Shown one piece after another: positions 1 to 14,375 of a stretch of DNA of 64,000 nt. The position numbers and the translations under genes are program-made. Source of the DNA: Eledone cirrhosa (taxonomy: Eukaryota); assembly GCA_964016885.1 (NCBI GenBank), contig OZ024742.1, positions 250,418,001 to 250,482,000 of the forward strand. The letters run 5' to 3'. Below the pieces are notes generated by a model. The model saw nothing but the letters and a program-made list of their open reading frames with translations. It was not told the origin of the DNA and ran no database searches. Position 1 is the first letter of the stretch, and every line of letters starts with the position of its first letter.

Positions 1-625
1 GCCAAATCCACACCCTCACACCACACATACTAGATACGTCATGTCATCAATGAAACTTTAATGATGTCGCTACGTGAAATGATAGCTAAATCCTCACATT
101 TACTCAACATACACTAGAAATGTCGTGCAAACCATGGACGTCATTCTATGATGCCGTTCTACATGTTAAACATAGTAGTCAAATCACCCTTTTCAAACCA
201 CACAAAATCCAACCGATGTGTCATCAACAAAGGCTTAATAAAGTCATATCACATGCAAGAAATAGTACCGAAATCACCCTCTCAATCCACACAAATTTCA
301 ACCCTCGTGCCATCAACGAAACCTGCAAGAAATAATACTCAAATTCACTTCTCCAAATCACACACATTTCAGAAGACATGCCAACGAGGGACGTTGATCT
401 ATGAAGTCACTCTGTATGGTAGAAATGGTAGCTAAATCTCCTCCCTCAAACCGTGCAATCTTCAAACGTCAAGCCAATCGCGGACGTTGATCTATGAAGT
501 AACTCTATATGCAGGAAATGGTAGTCAACACACCTCCATCAGACCACACAGACTTCCAAAGTCGTACCATCAATTAAATCGCTCCACATGTTAGAATCAT
601 TAGCCAAAGTATCTCCCTTAAACCT
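1..625. repeat. Degenerate tandem repeat, about 70-95 bp period, about 8 units
   Basis: Recurring ATGGTAG(C/T)(C/T)AAATC..CCCTCAAACCACAC-like motif near 1, 84, 178, 268, 338, 431, 524, 602. Confidence 0.55.
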
Positions 626-793
626 CACCTTATTATTGCTATGATGTTGTGTCGCTTTCATCTGGTGAACTATTAATGAACAACGACTGAAGTCTTCCGG
701 AGATTGTCGAAGGGTTTATTGCTCTGCTAACCCCTCTCCGTCGCCCTCTCTCTACCTATCTATCCCACCCTCTACCTCACCTTCGATGTATCT

Positions 794-855
<62 letters not shown>

Positions 856-859
856 GTGG

Positions 860-990
860 TTTGAGAGTTGTGAGTTCAATTCACGGACTGGGCGATGCGT
901 TATGTCCTTGAGCCAAACACTTTATTTCACATTGCTCCTTCTACCTGGAGTTGCGACCGATAGATAGTAGTAGCAATTGGAAAGCAAACA
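860..990 (+). mobile_element. SINE-like repeat family 2 (second copy at about 20705-20855, minus strand)
   Basis: GAGTTCAATTC B-box-like motif followed by ...GTCCTTGAGCCAAACACTTTATTTCAC...CTTCTACCTGGAGTTGCG; reverse-complement match at about 20705-20855. Confidence 0.6.
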
Positions 991-1005
991 ATTTAAGAAA
1001 AAAGA

Positions 1006-1036
<31 letters not shown>

Positions 1037-1127
1037 TTTCTTACTTTATTTCTTTATCTTTCATTCGCTTATTTCTATCTCTCTATCCGTCTCACTGTGT
1101 TTCTCCCGCTCTCTCTCTCTCTCTCTC

Positions 1128-1207
<80 letters not shown>

Positions 1208-1345
1208 TCACTCAAAAGTTAGAAAACGTGAGAGATAGAAGGACTATTACGTCAGCAGTAACTATGGGGTTAAATTCAAACTGTGATTGGAGAACTTAAA
1301 GATCGAGATTCTGATAGAAATTAGGGAATAGCGGTAAGATAGATA

Positions 1346-2128
1346 TATTTCTTTATTAACCACAAGGGCGCACAAGAAAAGGGGACAATACAAAGACATG
1401 CCGGGGATTTTACATACAGTCGTGTAAAAATTATAAAAACAAACAATTACAACAATCGAAATCCCCAATAGGGGGGAGGCGCCACAAATGGGTTGTTTAA
1501 TACCCTGTCGGTAGAACAACCCTCAACTCCAGGAGCGTGCTGTGCAAGTGCTCCTTTCTTCCTTTTGCTCTCTTCTTCAACCTACAGGCTTATAATCAGA
1601 GAAGGCCCAATCACTCGGGCCATTTCCGCTTCATTCACCCACCTTTCAGTAAATTTACTAGGGTGCAGTGCCTTTCTCCACCCTGATTCTCCTTCTAAAG
1701 TGATACTTACAGAAGGGAATCAATTGTTGTCCGGAGAGAAAGGCATCTGTCCTCAGTCCTCTCAACCTCGTCCACCATATAACTTCTTTCACCATAGCCA
1801 CCGTACAGAGGTAAACCGCCTCTCTTTCGTTTTTGAAAGAGGCTGGCGGTTTGATCCTTACTATGGACTCGGCAGTCAACTGGATTTGTCCCATACGCGA
1901 CAGCAGTTGTTCTGCATAGTTCCACAGGTCGGTTACGCCCGGGCAGTGTACAATTGCGTGCAGGACTGTTTCGATGTCCTGCGCGCATCTTGGACACGTC
2001 CTCTTGGACGGATCCCTCCCGGGGCGTCCGTGCCTGTAGATCTAGTCACGAACCGGTAGAGCTCCTCGGTAGTACTGCCAGGCCAGAGACCTCTGGAAGT
2101 TGTCCATAGGTCCCGGGCGGAAAAGATC
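1346..2128 (-). mobile_element. 5'-truncated Tx1-clade LINE (3' end of ORF2 plus 3' UTR), inserted in GATA repeats
   Basis: Peptide QLTAESIVRIKPPASFKNEREAVYLCTVAMVKEVIWWTRLRGL matches the C-terminus of the ORF at 60068-63091; same 3' terminus GCCCTTGTGG..AATAAAG; GATA units at 1338-1345 and 2131-2159. Confidence 0.9.
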
Positions 2129-2334
2129 TTTAGATAGATAGACAGATAGATAGACAGATGCACACACACAACACACACAAAGATATATATGTATGTATAT
2201 ATATATATATATATATACATTTATTTATATATATACATTTATATATATACATTTATATATATATATATATATATGTAAGCATATGTAGGCGGCCTTTGAA
2301 ACAGTTTATAACATCATCACAAGTCAACAATCGA

Positions 2335-2715
2335 AACTAAAAGAAAGCCGTTTAATAAATATGTACGGTGATGACGTATGGAAGTGAGATATTAGCAATC
2401 AACACCACCACTGCGGACAGTTTTGCAGTGGCCCAACGTAAAATAGAGCGAATCATGCTCGGCATCACCATACCTGATAGTACAACACTTGAATTCAACA
2501 GAAGACTTGAGTGAAGGACTTAATCGAGACAACAAGCGAGAGCGACAAAGTGGACACTAAGGCAGTAAAAAAGAACCGGGAGCGGCCAAAGGCAAGATAG
2601 GGCGACGATCTGACGCGATATCTCGGCCCCACAGGGCTCAATGTGGCCAGAAATATGAAGTGGTGGTGGTAATCAACCAGTGAGGGTTTTCTCCAACAGG
2701 GGTGAGAAGCCAATG
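2335..2715 (+). mobile_element. Degenerate RTE-like LINE 3' fragment
   Basis: Manual translation gives VMTYGSE...AVAQRKIERIMLGIT, typical of the region downstream of the RT in RTE-type elements; frameshifted. Confidence 0.55.
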
Positions 2716-2742
2716 AAATTTGGATTTTGTGTACACACACAC

Positions 2743-2839
<97 letters not shown>

Positions 2840-3107
2840 GGTTTGTTGATTCACCACTGGATAGAATTGATCATTCCGTATAGTCAACCGTGATGTATTA
2901 TTATGAAAAGCACTCAACGTAATGCAACCCACCCATCTTCGTTCATCTTGAATCTTGTTGATGGTGCGAGAACGGAATTAATTATTATTGAGTAAAATGA
3001 CAGGAGGCTGGACTGGTGAAATTCCTTCAAAGATTATTGAAATGTGCATAGTTTTTGTAATAAATCTTTGAAGGAATGTCATCAGTCCAGCCTCCTGTCA
3101 TTTTAGT

Positions 3108-3114
<7 letters not shown>
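2840..3114. mobile_element. Foldback PLE-like remnant, family D (related copy at 54165-54620)
   Basis: Inverted arms at about 2985-3038 and 3058-3114, between (TA)n tracts; 2840-3035 is similar to 54168-54355. Confidence 0.7.
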
Positions 3115-3524
<410 letters not shown>

Positions 3525-3791
3525 AAATATAGAGAAAAATACTGCAGGTAGCACATGGATAACATGTAATAAAATGAGTCCCTCATCAGTGATTTGCCGA
3601 CGATCATAGATATTTCATTGCATTAAAAATCATATACCTCACGTCGGTGCAATAATAACCAAAATAAGTTATTAGGACAATTGAAACGCGTAAAGCGAGT
3701 GAGACAGGAGAACAACAAAGAGTATAGCTAACCGTAGGGAAAGAAACAAGCTTCAAAAATTATTATATATATATGTGTGTGTATATATATT

Positions 3792-3830
<39 letters not shown>

Positions 3831-4829
3831 AGGAAGATAAGTAGGGAATTGAAAAGATTAAAAATGTAAGGTGACAAGGAAAGGAGCGGGAGAGAAGGAA
3901 TATAAAGCAATAAAGTGGGCTTATTCTGAAGGAAAGAGAAAAATTAAAGACTGGGCCAAATTATGACACTCCATCACCCTACCTCATCCCTTTCGTCATG
4001 ACAGCTACCTCCTTTTCGCCTCTTCATCACTAAACAATGAACCTAACTGAAATATATTCATAGCTGTAGGCATGGGTGTGACTAAGGAGTTCGCTTCACA
4101 ACCATATGGTGTGGTTTCGTGTTCAGTCCTGCCATGAAAAAACCTTGGACATGTGCCTTGAGAGTGAAAATCGGTAGAAGCAAATTGCAGAAGTCCGTCA
4201 TATATATATAGTGTGTGAGTATGTGTGCAAGTGTGTGAGTATGTGTGCGAGTGTGTGTGAATGTGTGTGTAAGAGAGAGAGGAGTGTGTGTGTGTGTGTG
4301 TGCGTGTGTGTGTTTTTTGTGTTTGTGTCCTGTATCCTAGCAGCTTGACAATACGAGATCAATAAAGTAAGTACCAAACTGAGATACTTAACTAAGCCTT
4401 TTAAAAGTGTTAGCCCAATGACTGAAACCAGTAAAAATCTAAAAGAATATAAGAGTATGTGTATGTATGTGTATATTTATACGTGTTATTTCTATGTGTA
4501 TTTCGGCATGCACGGTATTTATTTACATAATGGTGTTGTTTAACTTTCTGGTAGAAATGCTTCAGTCAACGAATTCCTATGTTTAATCTATAAGTATATT
4601 GAAAATTTAGAAAAGAAAATCCTTAACATTGCTTTCATGTAGTTGATTGAGTTAAAGAGATTTTTTACTGAATTCAAAATAATGTTAGCAGGAAGCAGAA
4701 ATGAGAGATAGTTCAGTAGAAAACCATTGAGTGACGCTAAGATAATGTCTAAAGCAGAAATCATTAAAATATTGTTTATGAAAGTGGAAGACATGCCAGG
4801 CTGAAGAATTGGCACGTGAAGTTGTTGAT

Positions 4830-5060
4830 TTTTGTTGGTGGCATATAATTGTAAGTAAATCTTTGAGACATAGAGCTATGTGAACGATTATAGAAGATAT
4901 TTGGTTGGTGGCTAATAATTGGAAGTGTCTCTGAGACACATAGTTATGTGAGCGACCAGTAAAGGCTGCTAGAAGATATTTTGTTGGTGGCAGCTCTTTG
5001 TAAGTATATCTCTGAGATACGGAGTTGTGTGAACAACCAGTAGAGGTTGCTAGACGATGT
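4830..5060. repeat. Three degenerate 70-80 bp tandem units
   Basis: TTG(G)TTGGTGGC...(T)CT(C/T)TGAGA(C/T)A...GTTATGTGA(A/G)C..AGAAGATATT recurring at about 4832, 4901, 4981. Confidence 0.6.
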
Positions 5061-6214
5061 TTTACAGTTTATAATAGTGCTACATGGATGGGCTTGGCCT
5101 TGTGGTTAGAGTGTTACATTGGGAATCATGTGGTCGTGAATTCGATTTTCAAACCGGGTGGTGAGTTGCATCTTTGAGCAAAGCACTTCATTTTAACAAC
5201 TTAAAATGAAGTGCTTTGCTCAAAGATGAAACTTTTCATATTCTTGTGGTTGATGTGTTAAACTCATTGTCATAAAATCGTGGATTCGGTTCTCGAGCCG
5301 AGTAGTGTGTCGTCTTTTACATTGCACTCATCTACTCAACTGCAAATAAGTACAGTCGTTTAACACGCAATTAAACCAGGATTCCTCCCGCTTTCGTCCA
5401 ATCAATATTGACGCATGAATATTGTCTACCAAGGACTATATTTTCCAGTGTAACAGTTTTTAAAATAATAGTGTGTTACTCGAGGGAGATATGGCTCTAT
5501 CAGATCGAGTGGCGATGAAGAGGGCCTTTGGTCGTCTTATGGGCATGCGTAATATTTAAGGTAGGAAGTATGTATGCCTATTTTCCCACAATAAATTATT
5601 TAACTTTCGACCCAGTCACATCAAAAACTCTATCTTTCTGCTATTTACTTCAGGCTTTCTAACAGACCAAACAACATCTAACAATCAATGATATGTTTTT
5701 CTTTAAGTCATACATTAGGAAACATCTCAAGCATCACAAATATTAAAATAAACTAAAAAATTTACCACCGCAATTATCTATTGAAAATCGTTCAAAGATA
5801 GAACAACATGAGGAGTCAGAGGGCGGTCGATGGATTGTGTAAACTTGTGTTTAAAAGACAATCTAAGCTCAGGACAATAAGAAAAACAAACTAGCCATGT
5901 GTGAAATTAAGTCGCCATTTCTAACGACACTAACAAATGTAAGGGGCTCACCTGATAGTGGAAAAAGTTTGGGGAGTGGTTGCTTAAAACAAAACAACAA
6001 CAAAAAAACAAAACTTTACCACACGTAACAGCAACAATAACATAGTTTAGACAATTCCAACTACAAGATTAAAGATTTCGCAAAAATAACATTTGATGGA
6101 GGGCACCATGTGGAGTGTTTACTTTTGGGATAGTATCATTGTTAGCTGTTGCTGTTGTTATTATTATTATTATTATTATTAGTGTGCGTTATACATACAT
6201 AGATACACACGCAC

Positions 6215-6260
<46 letters not shown>

Positions 6261-6471
6261 ATGTATGTGTATGTACGTATGTATGTATATATATACGTAT
6301 ATGTATATATATATGTGTGTGTGGTGTATGCGTATGTGAGTGTATTCACGTAAACACACATTCGTATACATTGATGGTGTAAATGGTTTATATGTAATGT
6401 ATATATTTTTCCTTCTAAGCATGCATAATTATAGACACACATACACATACACAAATATACACACACACATA

Positions 6472-6579
<108 letters not shown>

Positions 6580-6864
6580 TACATATATATATACATATAC
6601 GTCTATGTACGCATGCCTCATGAGTAATTAAGTGCGGAGGGTCTCATTCTCTATGCGGTGGTCCTGCTGGTAAGGTTAACATTGAAACTACCAGATTCCA
6701 CTACTCTAATTGCCTCAGCGTAGACGAAATGACGTAGCATGATGTCATATCACGTGTCAAAAAGTATCTGCAACGAGGCATGACGGGAAATAATAGCATT
6801 TAAGCTATTGCTTCCAAAGAATCACAGTGATGTAGATTTGTAGTGGTTATACAGAAGTACACAG

Positions 6865-6942
<78 letters not shown>

Positions 6943-9624
6943 CACACTTATTCTCACACACAGATACACGCACACCTCCTCCTCATAGTACGTTGAAGTC
7001 GATGATGACTTTCCTCTTCGTGGCAGCCGGCGTACATGGTCACAGAAGCATGTTGGTTGTTCACCAGTGTAATTAGTAAGAACGCATCCTAATGGTCAAT
7101 CAGGTCACGTGGCTAAAAATGATGCAGGTTCTATCTCCAAATGATTAAATTGTAAGGGAGAACACCAGATCAATGGGTATATTCTTCGACATAGAAGGCT
7201 GCTCTGTGTAGCCCAATGTGTGGAATTTCTCAAAATTGTGTCACTTGGCCCTGGCTGTACAATTTGCTGTATAATCCTTAGAAGGAATGTCTTCTTGTGG
7301 CGACAATTTAGCACCATCATGGAATTTTCAATGAGGGATATCACTGTGTGGTGGTATCTGGACCTTTTTAGATAACTAAAGACTACATGTAAATGATACA
7401 TGGAATATGGAGTAACTCTATCATTCCAAGTAATATTATAGTGGAACGACGGTGTTCTTCGTCACTGAGCTTCCAGTTAATTCGGGGCCGGAAAGTAGAG
7501 TTTTCTCTTTTCCCAGATTCAAGGGAATATAAATGTTGATTGTACGTCAGTTGAAGTAATTAACCGTGAACTTATTTAAGATATAACAAATGACAAGATA
7601 TTTGGATATATGTGCAGATCCAAAATAATCGAGAGAGTACATTATAACCATTATTCTATTCTATGTGGGCGCACACAAACACACACATACATGTGTGCGA
7701 GTTTGTGTGCGTTACATGGGTGTTGAAACTCTGTCGGTATTGACAACGAGTGTTCCAGTTGTCTGTTCAACGTAACAGCCTGCTCGTGACTGTGCATAGG
7801 ACAGAAATATGTTTTCTAAATTTAATTCTCAGGGAAATCCAGTTGAATGGACTGGAACAAATATATATAAAAATATATGGCTATACATAGATGCGTATAT
7901 ATTTTGTGTATACATTGTATGTATGTATGTACGTATGTATGTATGTTATGTCGGGACACTCTAGAGTGCTACCGGTAACATGTAACCCAGTGCAACCTGA
8001 CGCATGGTCGGATCATCGGTTACCAAATCAGCAATCCCACCAAGTTTACTTCGTGAGGAGAGGGATTTTGGACACCCTGCAGGACAAAAAACAAAACCTG
8101 ACAAAAGCCGGAAGAACTCATAAGAGGCAACGACCATTCAAAAATGTGTAAATATGTATATACATATGTGTATATGTGTGTATGTATATATATATATATA
8201 TACATGTATACATATGTATATATATGCGCGGGGACATAGAAATAATCGGGCTGGATACCGATCGTGCGGTTAAACCACTTGGAATGAAGGACCCCTAGCC
8301 TTTGTTAGGGCATTCCTCTAGGAGAAGGCAACCCAGGAAACTGGGATAACTCCGACATGAAACCTGCGGCTCAGTAGTTACCGATGATGGTGATTTTCTT
8401 CTTTTCAAGTTATAGCTACTGTCGCACAGAGAGTGGGATTGGCTCAGGGCACAGTCTTTCCTCACTTTAAAAAAATCTTCACGCACAGGCATTGCACGAT
8501 AGCATTAATTAATAATTATTAATAATGTTATATTTGCAATGGCCATACTTGATAACGCGGGGGCAGCTATCATGTATGTATGTAAGGGTGTAAATCCTCT
8601 TGAGTCACGAATGACCATGTGATTTGCCCTGGGAAAGTTCATATCTGAGGCATAAGCCCGGGCAAGTTAGTTTCGTGAAAAACCAGCATATATTTGTATG
8701 TATGGATCCTGCTCAAGGCGACAACGTCCCACTGAATATTTAAGTCATGTTGTGATGGTCGTGAGACGAATACCATAAACACTAAGTTAGGCAATTTCAG
8801 AATAATATATAATGATATAGACACCAGGAATTTTGACCAACGTTTTATATATGTATGAGAAGCATTTATGAAAAATAGAGATTGTCTAGAAAACTATATA
8901 GAAATCTCTGATCGGTGCATACCTTGGGCTTAACAACAGCAACGGCATCTATTTTATAACAATTCAACAAAGTAAGCTTGTATGTGGTTTGATAGACCTG
9001 CAAATATCGCAGCTTCACGTCTCCAGCACACTACACCATATTGTCATTGAAAATTTCCACACCATAATGGTTAGTATCAACGAAAGAAAACTATCATTGA
9101 CTCGTAACTTCTGATAGATCTGTATAGGCAGCCTAACCACCAATCCACGTAAAAATCTTTATCTTATTCATTACGTTTGTAGGATATGATGTGATACGAT
9201 AATGTAGGGTGTAATGATATGGAGTGCATCTGTGTGTGGAGGCGTAATTATGTAATGTCGAGGATCTGTGTGTAGATGATGCCAAACGTGAAAATGAAGA
9301 GGCCAGAACTGTGTGATATGATATCAATTATTGTTGCTACGAATGTGATATTCCTTACATATTGATATCATTTGCTATACTACCATTTGTTGCTTTAACG
9401 CCATTTTATTGTTTTCCTTGCGGTTTATTTAGTTTAATGTTTACACATCTAGGCAGATTTATTTCAACGTGTAAATTACTAAAAGCGTAGAAGGAGAGAG
9501 AGAGAAGGTGAAGCAGGAGGGGGTGTACAGATCGACACGGAGTATGATACAGGGAGTGAGAGAGAGGGAGAGAGACATACAAACTATGAGAAAGACAAAG
9601 AGACACACAGATACACAGAGTGTA

Positions 9625-9658
<34 letters not shown>

Positions 9659-10653
9659 AAAGTATGAGAGAGAGAGAAAGAAAGAGAGTATGAGAGAGAG
9701 TGAGAAAGAGACAAAGGAAGCCACACATATTATGAAAGAGAGGGAGAGAGTCAGGGAGTATGAGAAAGGGAAAGAGATACAGGCAGAGAGAGACGAATTG
9801 AGAAAGAGAATATGTGAGAGGAAGTATGAAGGATAGTCAGAATATGAGGGATAGGAAGAGAGAGACAGAATCAAAGAAAGGGTAAGTATGAAAGGAGAAA
9901 AAGAGATAACGTATGTATACTTGTACTGTTGGCCATCCTACACCCGTCGATTCACTTCTTATTGTTCGGTAAGCCGGTTTATCTTTTCCTCAATTGTTTA
10001 AGGAAGAAACTGAGAACTATTAACAGTGTTTCTGAATACCAACAGCTGTTTTGTGTTTGGTCTATAAGAGTTTATATGAACTGTGATAGCATCTGCTCCC
10101 AGCATCTGAAGTATTATGAGGTCATCACTATTATTGATTTCACGACCGGAGCTTTTATGCATTAACACAGAGAAGACTACTTGCCCTTAACAATAGTAGA
10201 ACACTCTACCGTCATTGTTATTATATAAAGTTTATAAGACACGGTGATAGTTTATTATCTGAGGCAGTGGAGCTTTAAGCAAAATACATCGCAGTATTTA
10301 TTTACAGGCATACACGTAAAGTGTTCGAATCCCGCCGAGGTCAACTTTGCATTTCATTTATCTAGGGTCGATAAAATATAGTCAAGTACTGGAGTCGATT
10401 TAATCGACTTTCCTCGAAACAAATCACTGACCTTGTGCCTCAAATATATATGTGTGCGTGTGTATACACACACACACACACACACATATACATATACTGT
10501 ATATGCTTGAAGGCGGCCGACCGAACTAGACACTGCTAAATGTGTGGCCGCCTTCTATATATATATATATATATATAAAGTTTTGTCATAACTAATCACT
10601 GCCATGACTAAATTATAACCATCAACATAGTCAAGGTAGGTCATGCATCATCT

Positions 10654-10720
10654 TATTTTATCTGATGAGGACGTACTGTTGAAGATAGCTCAGTACCTCT
10701 GAAATATGTATAATAAAATA
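10654..10720 (+). ncRNA. Type I hammerhead ribozyme, family E (element about 10577-10862)
   Basis: TATTTTAT-CTGATGA-[GGACGTACTG..CAGTACCTCT]-GAAA-TATGTA-TA^ATAAAATA: 8-bp stem I, intact core, stem II GTACTG/CAGTAC. Confidence 0.85.
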
Positions 10721-10860
10721 TACTTGATCAGACGAATGTCTATATTTGTTAATATTGTTGAATTAATATTAATAACTCCGGCAAACCATAACTGTGGAGT
10801 GCTTCTAATCTATTGTAAAACTCTATTCATTGATTTATTCATTGAACCTTGTTTAACCTT

Positions 10861-10988
<128 letters not shown>

Positions 10989-11010
10989 CTCTCTAACCAT
11001 CTTTTGATCT

Positions 11011-11073
<63 letters not shown>

Positions 11074-11095
11074 CTCTCTAACCATCTTTTGATCT

Positions 11096-11147
<52 letters not shown>

Positions 11148-11290
11148 TATATGAAATGAGGGAGATTTGGTAGGAAAGTCGGTAGAGTTTGAACAAAATA
11201 TTTTGCAGTACTTAGTAAAAGTCTTCTGTCGAGCTCACCTTTCAACTTTTACTTTTGTGGGTCGATAAAATAAAGTACTTGTCACGTACG

Positions 11291-11377
<87 letters not shown>

Positions 11378-11575
11378 CTCTATCTATCTATCTAACTATC
11401 TTTCTTTCTATCTCCCCCTCTCTGTGTCACTCTCCCTCTTTCACTTTCTCTCTCATTCTTGTATATATATATAAAGATAAAGAAACAGACTCACACACAC
11501 ACACACGCACAAATGTATATTGAATACGTGGCGCTCAGTGTGCAGTGCAGTATAGAAAGTTGTATATATATGTGT

Positions 11576-11637
<62 letters not shown>

Positions 11638-11819
11638 GTATGTGTGTGTATGTGTAAAATGTTGTACGTATGTGACATTAATAGAAATATGATCGCCTAT
11701 GCCATTCAAAATATGTTTGTTGAGAGTGACATAGATGTTGCAGTTTCATCGTATTTTCTTGTCAACTTCTTTTTCACACAAGCACATACACAAGTACACA
11801 CTATATATATATGTATATA

Positions 11820-11872
<53 letters not shown>

Positions 11873-11874
<2 letters not shown>

Positions 11875-12072
11875 CAAAGGAATTGTGGTAAGGATCATAA
11901 CGCACCAGAGTACTCAATACTTAGGGTAGTAGAGTGGGAAATAGGAAAAAGTATGACCCCGACGGCAGAGCTCAAGCTGTTTGACGGCTATTTCTGGACT
12001 AAATGCAGAATTTAGTCCAGAAATAGCCGTCGAAACGGCTTGAACTCTGCCGTCGGGGTCATACTCTTTCCT
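11873..12072. mobile_element. Foldback element family F (copies at 26471-26650, 28518-28730, 51791-52008)
   Basis: Inverted arms of about 60 bp plus a one-sided tail of about 70 bp, between (TA)n tracts; each arm carries GAAACGGC-TTGAGCTCT-GCCGTC-GGGGTC (HHR 3' half). Confidence 0.85.
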
Positions 12073-12173
12073 ATATATATATATATGCATATATATATAT
12101 ATATATACACACACATATATATATATGTGTGTGTATGTGTATATATATATACACACATATATGTGTGTGTGTG

Positions 12174-12227
<54 letters not shown>

Positions 12228-12589
12228 CACGTGTGTGTGTGCATGGGCACGTGCAGAAAAGGATATATATTATTACAAACCAAGTGATACATTTCTTAAC
12301 AAAATTAATTATCTTATTAATTCCAGGTTACAATATCTCACGGATATCATCTCTGCAAATAACAGTTATTATATTATATTGCATACTCTCACTATGTTTA
12401 GCACACCACAACAACACCTACCATACTCTATTTGGCTGTCTCCCTTCAAAATTACGGCAGTATCTAGCATGCTATGAATTCCTTTGTTCCTGTGTTTTAT
12501 TTTATACACATCGCAGTAACAACTAGCTTCCTTCCCATAGCCGATTCCAAATGCTTAAGTATTTCATTAATCGACCCACAAATTCATTA

Positions 12590-13010
12590 ATCAGAAATGA
12601 TGTACGTGTAAAAGACAAACTCACCATCTTCAATTCGGTATTCGTGCCAAGCCTTACCCATGGTCGTGAATCTTGGATAATGGTTGAAAGAATACGATCC
12701 CAAATACAAGTTGCCGAAATAGGGAATCTCCGAAGCTTCTTTGGAGTAATGTTACTTTATAGAATGCGTAGCTTGGTGATCAGGGAGCCGTTCCAGGTAG
12801 AGCCGCTACTTCTCCAAATTGAGGGATCACAATGCCGATACTACGGTCAGAATGTCTCAGGAAAGAATCGTTGGACAGATTTTATGGGTAAAACCAGCCG
12901 GCAGGAGACCCAAGGAGATGGCTAGATAACTTCCATGAGCTTGGTTGGTCTCGCTTCGGGATCCAGCCTGTTCAGTTGGAGACATTTGCTTCTGGCAGAA
13001 CACAATGGAT
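12590..13010 (+). mobile_element. RTE-clade LINE 3' fragment
   Basis: KDKLTIFNSVFVPSLTHGRESWIMVERIRSQIQVAEIG...EPLLLQIEGSQCRYYG is a typical RTE/Expander post-RT region; homologous to 17670-17900. Confidence 0.8.
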
Positions 13011-13829
13011 TTCATGCTTAAGGACTCTGCCTCACGACTCTCCCAGGAATAAGTGGGCGAAGAAAAAGAGAGGACCCTTACATATGAAACAAATTTACAC
13101 TCGGCGTGGTTCGACTTTGTGCACAGACGGAATGGAATATCAGAAAGGTTTCTATCTAATCCTCTAACGATTTCTGACAACTGGCTTCCATGGGTTATTA
13201 TTTCCTCGGTGAGATTTGAACTCAGAATGCAGATAACCGGAAAGAATATCGCAGACATTTCAATTCGGTGCTCTAACAATTTCAACCAATTTGCTGTCTT
13301 ATTTTAGTGACTCCCTGTAAACGATTTAGAGACATTTTGAGACAGAAATATCATTAGAACTTCACTAATTAACCACTAATTAATATACTTCCTAGTCACT
13401 AACGAAAGAAAAGAATTCCCAGTAATGTCTAATTTCTTCCATATGTATTAATTCATGTGGAGCTCTTGTGGGCGTTCTTTGGTGGTGCCATCAACTTTAT
13501 ATATTAACAGAAACACCTGGAATGGCGAGGAGAATCTATGTCGGCAGCAACAACAACATGAGCAACAAGAGCAGTAACAACAACAAAGACAACAACAGTG
13601 ACAACAATGACAACAATAAACAGCAGCAACAACGCAATAACAGCAACTACAACATTAATAGCAGCAAGAGTAATATCAACAATGACATCAGCGACAATAA
13701 CAGTAGCACCAGCAATAACAACAGCAGCTACATCAATAGTAACAACAACAACATTCCCAACGAAGAGAACTCTAAATTCAACATTGCGGTTCTGTGGTGC
13801 TGTAGTTCTGTATTAAATTGGTCAACTAT

Positions 13830-14375
13830 ATATGTTGTTGTTCTTGTTGCTCTTAATATTAGCCATTTCAATGTGTTTATATAACATTCCGACATTTCAA
13901 TATTGTTGGAACACATGTCTTTACTTTCAATACTTCTCTCATATAAAACATATGGTATTACTGATGTTGATGCTGAGCACTTCTTGTTGTTATTTAGCCC
14001 TTAGTCTTCGTCGGGTCCAGCAAACATGATCAAACGGATTCCAACCATGACTATTCCGACTTTTTAAATAGTATTGGAAGATCTGTCTTAACTTTCTCAC
14101 TACTGTCTTTATATAAAACATATTATTTTGATACTATTGTTGTTTAGCCCCAGGTCAGCCTGGATCATAGAAAACTATGGCAAAACGAATTCCAGTCATT
14201 ACCATTGCGACTTTTTCCATATTTTTTTAACATACGTTTTTACTTTCACGCCACTTCTCTCCTATAAAATATAAGGTGTTATTGTTGTTGCTGCTGTTCT
14301 TGTTGTTTAACCCAAAGTTTGCCCTCCTCGAGAAAATTTATCCCCAAACGCATTTAAACGATGACCAACCGGACA
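13830..14375. repeat. 3-4 degenerate tandem units of about 155 bp
   Basis: TTGTTGTTTAGCCC..GGTC....AAACGGATTCCA.CCATGAC.ATTCCGACTTT....TATAAAACATAT recurring at about 13830, 13985, 14137, 14300. Confidence 0.6.

Noticed and set aside
3560-3700. Possible HHR (GAAACGCGTA on plus, CTGATGAG on minus, CCGACGA on plus)
   Set aside because: Could not assemble stems I and II on one strand
7105-7500. Possible host exon or PLE N-terminus (SKNIPI on the minus strand)
   Set aside because: Short match surrounded by stops with no downstream PLE motifs; no supported exon structure
13468-13884. 138-aa Asn-rich ORF
   Set aside because: Degenerate (AAC/AGC)n trinucleotide tract
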